Part shown: one piece after another, positions 58,240-64,000 of the stretch
How the letters are laid out: every line of letters starts with the position of its first letter
Position numbering within the stretch: the first letter of the stretch is position 1
NCBI GenBank assembly: GCA_035577545.1
Contig: DATLVI010000009.1
Coordinates: forward strand, 3,696 to 67,695
Direction: 5' to 3'
Source of the DNA: Verrucomicrobiia bacterium
Lineage (GTDB): Bacteria; Verrucomicrobiota; Verrucomicrobiia; Palsa-1439
Length of the DNA: 64,000 nucleotides
Notes under the pieces: model-generated
What the model was told of the DNA's origin: nothing
The model's input: the letters and a program-made list of their open reading frames with translations, nothing else
Databases searched by the model: none
Position numbers and translations under genes: made by a program

Positions 58240-59109
58240 ATGTTTGCGAATGTCCAAGAATATTACCACGCCACCTCGCTTCGTGACGCTCTGAAGAAGC
58301 TGATGAAGAATGACGGGCAGGTCCCCGTCCCAGTGACAGGCGCGTTTCACCTTATCTCCAGCAAGTTGAGAGCAGCGACCTGCTTGGTGGACATTTCGGC
58401 GGTCGACCTCAATTATGTGAAGGTCGAAGGCAAAAAGCTCGCCATCGGCGGCGCGGCGACCTTCCAGCAAATCGTGGCCTCGAAAGAGTTGACCGAGGCG
58501 CTCAATGGTCTGTTGCCAAAGGCGGCGCAGGCCTATTCCACGAGAATCCAGCGCAACATGACGACCCTGCAGGATGTGCTGTTCGGGTACGCGACCTTTT
58601 TCGATTTGCTCACGGCCCTGCTGGCGCTGGACACGCAAGTGACGGTGCAGGGAAAACAGAAACGCGTCGTGCCGTTGGCCAGCTTCTTCAGCAAAGAGAA
58701 CCGGGCAATCTTGAGTAATTCGGAAATCGCGGTGGATTTCTCCGCCAAACTGCCGAGCGGCGACGTTGGCGCGTCGCTGCAGCGCGTAGCCCTGACCGAC
58801 GGCGACGCGGTGGCGATTTTGAATGTAGTCGCGGTCTTGAAGATGACCGGAAAGAAATGCAGCGAAGCGCGCATCGCCGTGGGCGGCGGTTTACCCGCCC
58901 CTGTGCGCTTGACTGCGCTGGAGCAAGAGTTGACCGACAAGCCGCTCGACGCCGCGCTGGTGGAATCCGTCAGCGCGAAGGCCGCCGATTTGATTCAGCC
59001 GGTGTCCGACGTTCGCGGCAGCGCGCAGTATCGCAAGCAAATCTGCGGCGTGCTGGTGCGTCGCGCTCTTGCGGAAGCGTATCAATTTGCCAAAGGGAGG
59101 TCACTGTGA
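58240..59109 (+). CDS. Xanthine-dehydrogenase-family molybdoenzyme, FAD-binding medium subunit (CoxM/XdhB-like).
   Basis: FAD_binding_5-like N-terminus (...VPVTGAFHLISSKL...) and a CO-dehydrogenase flavoprotein C-terminal domain (...VSDVRGSAQYRKQICGVLVRRAL). It is first in an M-S-L operon. Confidence 0.8.
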   Translation: MFANVQEYYHATSLRDALKKLMKNDGQVPVPVTGAFHLISSKLRAATCLVDISAVDLNYVKVEGKKLAIGGAATFQQIVASKELTEALNGLLPKAAQAYSTRIQRNMTTLQDVLFGYATFFDLLTALLALDTQVTVQGKQKRVVPLASFFSKENRAILSNSEIAVDFSAKLPSGDVGASLQRVALTDGDAVAILNVVAVLKMTGKKCSEARIAVGGGLPAPVRLTALEQELTDKPLDAALVESVSAKAADLIQPVSDVRGSAQYRKQICGVLVRRALAEAYQFAKGRSL

Positions 59110-59588
59110 GCTTACACGTCACCGTTAACAACGAATCAAAAGATTTCCCGTGTCAGCCGACGGACACGCTGCTCGACATTTTGCGGCGCGAGGGTTATTC
59201 GGGTGTGAAAGTTGGCTGCTCGAACGGCGACTGCGGTATTTGCGCCGTCTTGCTGAACGGGCGGACGGTCAACTCCTGCGTCGTGCTCGCCAAGCATTGC
59301 GAGAACAAGACGATCGGGACCATCGAGGGCCTGTCCGCAAAAGACGGGACGCTCCATCCTCTGCAGAAGGCGTTCCTTGATGAGGGTGGAGCGCAATGCG
59401 GTTTCTGCACCCCCGGTCTGATCCTCTCCGCGAAAGAATTGCTCGACGAAAACCCGACCCCGACCGATGCCGACGTCCGCGAAGCCCTTTCCGGCGTCAT
59501 CTGCCGCTGCACCGGCTACGTCAAGCCAATCGCCGCCGTCCTCACCGCGGCCGCCGAAATGCGCAATGCCGCAGGAGCAAAGTCATGA
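59106..59588 (+). CDS. Xanthine-dehydrogenase-family molybdoenzyme, [2Fe-2S] small subunit (CoxS-like).
   Basis: The GTG start at 59106 overlaps the upstream stop (GTGA). Two 2Fe-2S cysteine clusters: GCSNGDCGICAV and CGFCTPG...CRCTGY. Confidence 0.85.
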   Translation: MSLHVTVNNESKDFPCQPTDTLLDILRREGYSGVKVGCSNGDCGICAVLLNGRTVNSCVVLAKHCENKTIGTIEGLSAKDGTLHPLQKAFLDEGGAQCGFCTPGLILSAKELLDENPTPTDADVREALSGVICRCTGYVKPIAAVLTAAAEMRNAAGAKS

Positions 59589-61918
59589 AGGAAGCATCGG
59601 TACTTCCCTTTGAAAAAGAATCCGTCGGGACGAGTCCGTGGCGCGTGGACGGGATCGGGCTCGTCACGGGGTCTGCGAAGTTTACCGACGACATTTTCCT
59701 GAAGAACATGCTGCATGCGAAGATCCTGGGGAGTCCGCATGCGCACGCGCGCATTCTCGAGATCGACACGGAGGAGGCGGAGAAATTGCCGGGCGTGGTG
59801 ATCATATTGACGTACAAGAACGTACCGCGCGTGCCGCATACGACGGCGGGGCAGGGGTATCCGGAGCCGTCACCGTATGATGCGTTCATGTTCGATACGA
59901 AGGTACGATTTGTCGGTGACCGCGTGGCCTGCGTTGCCGCTGACACCGCCGAGATCGCCGAGCAGGCCCTGAAGCTCATCAACGTAAAGTATGAAGTGTT
60001 ACCGGCGGTGTTCGATGTGCGCGAGGCGGTGAAGGAAGGCGCGCCGGTCATTCATGATGAACCGGATGCCGACGGAATTCACGACCGCAAGCACAACATC
60101 GCGGCGCATTACGACGTCGAGATCGGTAAGGTCGATCAGGGATTGAAGGAAGCGGACTTCGTCGTCGAGGAGGAGTTCGAGACGCAATACGCGCAACATT
60201 GTCCGCTCGAACCGCACATCTGCATCGGCTATCTCGACGAGAACCATCGCATCGTGTTACGCACGGCGACGCAAGTGCCGTGGCATTGCCGCCGCATCGT
60301 GGCGCAATGCCTGCAGATTCCCGTCAACCAAATCCGCGTCATCAAGCCGCGCATCGGCGGCGGGTTCGGCGCGAAGCAGGAGATCATCCTCGAAGATTTG
60401 TGCGCGCTGATCACGGTGCGCACGCGTCGGCCCGTGAAGATCGAAATGACACGTCGCGAGGAATTCATTGCCAGCCGCACCCGCGATCCGTCGATCGTCA
60501 AAATGACCATCGGCGTGAAGAAGGACGGCACGTTCACCGCAATGGACCAGCGCGTGACGAGTTGGACGGGCGGATATGGAACGCATTCGCTGACGCTGCT
60601 CACGAACGTTGGCAGCAAGACGTTGCCGTTTTATCGTTGCAAGAATGTGCGGTTCTGGGGCGACTCGGTGTACACGAACACGCCGGTCACCGGCGCGTAC
60701 CGCGGGTACGGCGCGACACAAGGGGCGTTCGCCATCGAGCAGATGATGGACATCATCGCCGAGAAGTTGAACATCGACCCGATTGAACTGCGCAAGAAGA
60801 ACCACATCCAGAAGGGCGAGACCAATCCTGTTTTCAGTGCGTTGGGCGAGGGGAAGGAAGGACACGAAAACCCCATCGAAAGCTGCGGCCTGGATGAATG
60901 CATTGACCGTGCCGCGGCGGCCATTGGCTGGAAAGAGAAGCATCGCATGTACGCCAAGCGCGACCCGAACGCACGCGTCAAACGCGGCATCGGCCTGGCC
61001 TGTTTGATGCAAGGCTCCGGCATCGCGGGCATCGACATGGCGTCGGCGCGCATCAAGATGAACGAGGATGGTTCGTTCAACCTGTTGATGGGCGCAACCG
61101 ACCTCGGCACCGGCAGCGATACCGTGCTCGCACAGATCGCGGGGCAAGTTCTGGGTGTCACCGTCGATAAGATTCAAACCTACTCGTCCGATACCGACAT
61201 GACGCCGTTCGACAAGGGTGCGTATGCGTCGAGCACCACGTACGTGTCCGGTGGGGCGGTCAAGAAAGCGGCGGAAGCCTGCCGCGACAAGATCCTCAAG
61301 GTTGCCGCCGAGATGTTGAAGGAGGACGTCGCGAACTTGCGGTGCGAAAAGGCGAAGGTCATCAGCAAGTCGGGCAAGGAAGTGCCCTACACCAACATCA
61401 TCAACCGCTCGCTGTACGGCCAGAACCAGTTCCAGATCGAAGGCGAAGCGTCGCATATCTCCTACGTCTCGCCGCCGCCGTTCGCCGCGCATTTTGCGGA
61501 AGTCGAAGTGGACACGGAGACGGGCAAAGTGCGCGTGCTCGATTACGTCTGCGCCGTGGACTGCGGCGTGGCGATCAACCCGAAACTCGCAGAAGGCCAG
61601 ATGGAAGGCGCGGCCTTGAACGGCCTGAGCTACGCGCTGTGCGAGGAGATGGTGTTTGATGAGCGCGGCCGCATGCTCAACCCGAGCTTCTTCGATTACC
61701 GACTGTTCACAACGGTGGATGCGCCCAAGATCCGCACGATACTCGTCGAGACCTACGAACCCACCGGCCCCTTCGGCGCGAAAAGCATCGCCGAAATCGG
61801 AATCAACGGCCCGCTACCCGCAGTGGCGAATGCGATTTACGATGCGTGCGGCGTACGGATGCTGAAAGCGCCATTCACACCTGAGCGCGTCCTGAACGCA
61901 CTGATGGCGAAGAAATGA
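59585..61918 (+). CDS. Xanthine-dehydrogenase-family molybdopterin-binding large subunit (aldehyde oxidoreductase / CoxL-like, not form-I CODH).
   Basis: The ATG overlaps the small-subunit stop (ATGA). 777 aa, with Ald_Xan_dh_C-type motifs. The active-site region reads TGAYRGYGATQG, which is the form-II / generic AYRG type rather than the VAYRCSFR of true CO dehydrogenases. Confidence 0.85.
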   Translation: MKEASVLPFEKESVGTSPWRVDGIGLVTGSAKFTDDIFLKNMLHAKILGSPHAHARILEIDTEEAEKLPGVVIILTYKNVPRVPHTTAGQGYPEPSPYDAFMFDTKVRFVGDRVACVAADTAEIAEQALKLINVKYEVLPAVFDVREAVKEGAPVIHDEPDADGIHDRKHNIAAHYDVEIGKVDQGLKEADFVVEEEFETQYAQHCPLEPHICIGYLDENHRIVLRTATQVPWHCRRIVAQCLQIPVNQIRVIKPRIGGGFGAKQEIILEDLCALITVRTRRPVKIEMTRREEFIASRTRDPSIVKMTIGVKKDGTFTAMDQRVTSWTGGYGTHSLTLLTNVGSKTLPFYRCKNVRFWGDSVYTNTPVTGAYRGYGATQGAFAIEQMMDIIAEKLNIDPIELRKKNHIQKGETNPVFSALGEGKEGHENPIESCGLDECIDRAAAAIGWKEKHRMYAKRDPNARVKRGIGLACLMQGSGIAGIDMASARIKMNEDGSFNLLMGATDLGTGSDTVLAQIAGQVLGVTVDKIQTYSSDTDMTPFDKGAYASSTTYVSGGAVKKAAEACRDKILKVAAEMLKEDVANLRCEKAKVISKSGKEVPYTNIINRSLYGQNQFQIEGEASHISYVSPPPFAAHFAEVEVDTETGKVRVLDYVCAVDCGVAINPKLAEGQMEGAALNGLSYALCEEMVFDERGRMLNPSFFDYRLFTTVDAPKIRTILVETYEPTGPFGAKSIAEIGINGPLPAVANAIYDACGVRMLKAPFTPERVLNALMAKK

Positions 61919-61983
61919 GTCCACGGATTGAACAAACGATGGTAGTATTGCGTCCAATCTGGCAACCAACAAGAGGAGAACAC

Positions 61984-62346
61984 ATGCGAAAGTTTTTAGC
62001 ATTCACGGTAGCAGCAGTCGTCGCGCTCAGCGCGGCATCGGTGTTTGCGGGAGAAGGTTGTTGCGGAGGCATGTCGAAGAGCAGCGCGAAGGGCTCGGCC
62101 TGTGGCGACATGTTCAGCAAGCTGAACCTGACGGACGGCCAGAAGGCGAGAATCGACGTTTTGAAACAGGAGTGTCTCAAGGCGACCTCGACATCGGAAT
62201 TCCACGCGATGTTCAACGGCGGCCTGGAGAAAATCCTCTCGCCCGACCAGTTGGCCCAGTGGGGAGCCCACAGCTGCAAGGCCAAGGCCAGCGGCGAGTG
62301 CCCCTACATGAAATCCACGGGTTCGAAGACCGACAAAGCGACCTAG
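61984..62346 (+). CDS. Small secreted protein with LTxxQ-like motifs (possible Spy/CpxP-family periplasmic protein).
   Basis: Signal peptide MRKFLAFTVAAVVALSAASVFA. LNLTDGQKARIDVL and LSPDQLAQW resemble LTXXQ repeats. The family assignment is weak. Confidence 0.4.
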   Translation: MRKFLAFTVAAVVALSAASVFAGEGCCGGMSKSSAKGSACGDMFSKLNLTDGQKARIDVLKQECLKATSTSEFHAMFNGGLEKILSPDQLAQWGAHSCKAKASGECPYMKSTGSKTDKAT

Positions 62347-62370
62347 ACCCAGCCGTTTAAAAGTGACGAA

Positions 62371-62401
62371 CCCCGACACGCAGGTGTCGGGGTTTTGTTT
62401 T
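62371..62401 (+). terminator. Rho-independent terminator.
   Basis: CCCCGACAC-GCAG-GTGTCGGGG followed by TTTTGTTTT, directly after the stop of the 61984-62346 gene. Confidence 0.65.
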
Positions 62402-62440
62402 GCATTGATTTGTCGGGGAGCGCGGACTACACAGTTGAGT

Positions 62441-62872
62441 ATGGCGGACGAGAAACCAATTGTTGGACGGACCAAGCACGGCGAGTTGACTCTGGACCAG
62501 ATCGCGGAACTGCAGCCGGGACTCGGCACGCTCATGCGCGACGTGAGCGACCGTTACTGGATTGCGTACTATGCGGCGAAGGGCGGCAATTGGGAGTTGG
62601 CGGCCTATCAGTTGCGCGGCGTCCGCAGCCTGTTCAAGAAGGGCAACCTGACCCGCCCAAAGTACAAGGGCATGGTCGAGAACTACACGAAGAAGATTCT
62701 CGACCCGCTCGACCAACACATCGCCGCGAAGAATTTCGCCGAATTCGAGAAGACCTACAACGCGGGGATCACCTTGGCCAACCAGATGCACACCGCAACC
62801 GACCACGGCGAGATCGTCTGGAAACTTCCGCCGAATCCTCCGCAACACCTCGACCTCGGCCCGTCCTCCTAG
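62441..62872 (+). CDS. Hypothetical protein, 143 aa.
   Basis: ATG-initiated ORF MADEKPIVGRTKHGELTLDQIAELQPGLGTLMRDVSDRYWIAYYAAKGG... with coding-like composition. No family recognised. Confidence 0.4.
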   Translation: MADEKPIVGRTKHGELTLDQIAELQPGLGTLMRDVSDRYWIAYYAAKGGNWELAAYQLRGVRSLFKKGNLTRPKYKGMVENYTKKILDPLDQHIAAKNFAEFEKTYNAGITLANQMHTATDHGEIVWKLPPNPPQHLDLGPSS

Positions 62873-62940
62873 TGGTGCCGGTTTTCCGTGAATTGTTGAC
62901 GGACACCGCACAAGCCGCTAATCTGTCCATGTTCTAAATT

Positions 62941-63027
62941 GCCGACGTGGCGGAACTGGCAGACGCGCTGGACTCAAAATCCAGTGCCCGCAAGGGCGTG
63001 TGGGTTCGATTCCCTCCGTCGGTACCA
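62941..63027 (+). tRNA. tRNA-Leu (anticodon CAA), type II with a long variable arm; CCA is encoded.
   Basis: GCCGACGTGGCGGAACTGGCAGACGCGCTGGACTCAAAATCCAGTGCCCGCAAGGGCGTGTGGGTTCGATTCCCTCCGTCGGTACCA. Anticodon loop CTCAAAA, and a long variable stem-loop GCCC-GCAA-GGGC. I see a G1.U72 pair and one U.U mismatch in the T-stem, so it is slightly non-canonical or I have mis-parsed it. Confidence 0.7.
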
Positions 63028-63088
63028 TTTCAGGACGCGACAGAATTCTCTTCAGGGCCGACTTACGGTGGCTCAGACAGCGGACCGT

Positions 63089-63652
63089 CTAGGGTCGGGT
63101 GCCAATCCTGACTTCTACGTACTCCTTCGGAATATCCATGGTCTCCAAAGGACAATCCATGCCGAGAACACGGAAGGCTTTAAGGACGGCGAGATCCGAC
63201 GGTGGAAGATCGGCGACCGTAAGCGTCACATCAGTCGCGGAATGGGAGAACTCGGTCACCTTGGATTCCGGTATGTGTGACCTCGGCACCCTGAGAAAAA
63301 CACTCGGCATGGGCCCGGCAGACGGGGCGGCCTGAACCTCGGTCTGCCATCCCGCTTCCCGGAAGATGGCGTCCAACTGTGAGCCGAAAGCCTGGCTTTC
63401 TTCATCGCCAACAACGGTGACCATCGCGATTCTGGAGCCAGCGTAAGGAGCGAGAAGAACCTTCATCTTTTCGTGCTGCTCGGCGCTGATTTGTCGCCAC
63501 GGGGACGTGCTCTTCACGGCTGGCGAGCTAAAAACGGAATGCGACGGAGACGTAGTGGAAGTAGAACATTTCCCGAGACTGAAGAGGATCGCGAGAACCG
63601 CCACAATGACCAGAACCCATTGGACTTTCGAAAGGGGGCGACGATCGCTCAT
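63089..63652 (-). CDS. Hypothetical membrane-anchored protein, 187 aa.
   Basis: N-terminal transmembrane segment (VQWVLVIVAVLAILFSL) followed by a Ser/Thr-rich linker. No family recognised. Confidence 0.35.
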   Translation of the reverse strand: MSDRRPLSKVQWVLVIVAVLAILFSLGKCSTSTTSPSHSVFSSPAVKSTSPWRQISAEQHEKMKVLLAPYAGSRIAMVTVVGDEESQAFGSQLDAIFREAGWQTEVQAAPSAGPMPSVFLRVPRSHIPESKVTEFSHSATDVTLTVADLPPSDLAVLKAFRVLGMDCPLETMDIPKEYVEVRIGTRP

Positions 63653-63774
63653 GCCCGGATGCTACCGGAGTTTGCGTGTCCATTCAATCGGAATGCCGGA
63701 AACCGCACCCGTCAGGAGCGATGACCACACCAAATCACTTGTGTTTGCTTTGAGGCGTGTGATATGTGAGGCAA

Positions 63775-64000
63775 ATGTTACCCACCAAACAAGGCTCCGT
63801 CCGTCTTTTTCGCATCGCCGGGATTGATGTGTACCTGCATTGGTCGTGGTTTCTGGTGGCCGCGTATGAAATTCAGGCGCAGAAGGGAGATTACTCTTCA
63901 TTGGGTTGGAACGCGTTGGAGTACCTGGCTTTGTTTGTGATCGTGACGATGCACGAGTTTGGTCACGCGCTGGCCTGTCGTCAGGTGGGTGGGCAGGCCA
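63775..64000 (+). CDS. M50 (site-2 protease) family metalloprotease, N-terminal fragment; continues beyond the right edge.
   Basis: MLPTKQGSVRLFRIAGIDVYLHWSWFLVAAYEIQ...LFVIVTMHEFGHALACRQVGG contains the HExxH motif inside a transmembrane helix, as in S2P/M50 peptidases. Confidence 0.55.
   Translation, partial: MLPTKQGSVRLFRIAGIDVYLHWSWFLVAAYEIQAQKGDYSSLGWNALEYLALFVIVTMHEFGHALACRQVGGQA

Noticed and set aside
60257-61492. 411-aa minus-strand ORF.
   Set aside because: Antisense to the well-supported Mo large-subunit gene. Shadow ORF.

Overview
This is a 64-kb window of visibly GC-rich bacterial DNA. It carries a PEP-CTERM protein, a DUF1559 prepilin-type protein, autotransporter-associated beta-strand (PATR) repeats and a 'GloVer' choice-of-anchor repeat protein. 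From these I infer a PVC-superphylum organism, most likely Verrucomicrobiota.

Layout from left to right:
- 1-7.5 kb: a hexuronate/pectin catabolic module on both strands. It contains uxaC (runs off the left edge), a putative tagaturonate epimerase (uxaE-like), an AraC regulator, an ExuT-like MFS transporter, kduD, kduI, and a GH105 unsaturated rhamnogalacturonyl hydrolase.
- 7.6-11.2 kb: two tandem paralogous multi-pass membrane proteins with C-terminal TPR repeats (TMTC-like, putative GT-C glycosyltransferases).
- 11.3-12.2 kb: a PEP-CTERM protein.
- 12.7-15.5 kb (minus strand) and 17.5-43.9 kb (plus strand): giant secreted modular proteins (951-1477 aa). One is a beta-helix/PATR protein, and the plus-strand run is a co-directional array of six pectinases with CE8 pectin methylesterase, GH28 polygalacturonase and PL1 pectate lyase catalytic domains. 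The pectinases are decorated with Ig-like, PKD, Fn3 and PATR modules.
- 43.9-49.1 kb: three single-domain secreted pectinases (GH28, a double CE8, and GH28).
- 49.5-55.5 kb: a kinase-like/methyltransferase fusion, a membrane sulfatase-family protein, and a phospholipase-C family protein.
- 55.6-58.1 kb: tRNA-Met(CAU) and a GloVer-repeat protein.
- 58.2-61.9 kb: a translationally coupled Mo-hydroxylase (XDH/CoxMSL-family) operon.
- 62-64 kb: small hypothetical proteins, tRNA-Leu(CAA), and a truncated M50 (site-2 protease family) gene.

The most striking signal is a conserved ~110-130 aa C-terminal domain with no trailing transmembrane helix. It ends in R-Y-Y-R-[VI]-R-[LV]-V-P and is preceded by a W-Q..Y-F-G and D-P-D-G-D-G..N..E-F-L-A-G..(D/N)-P motif. 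It sits at the extreme C-terminus of eight signal-peptide proteins of unrelated function: pectinases, a beta-helix protein and a phospholipase C. I propose it as a candidate undescribed C-terminal sorting/anchoring domain. A second ~340-aa C-terminal module is shared by a GH28 giant and the GloVer 'choice-of-anchor' protein. An N-terminal ~260-aa module is shared by the PEP-CTERM protein and three of the giants.

The long antisense ORFs in the six-frame track are GC-driven shadow ORFs. I found no CRISPR array, IS element or rRNA.
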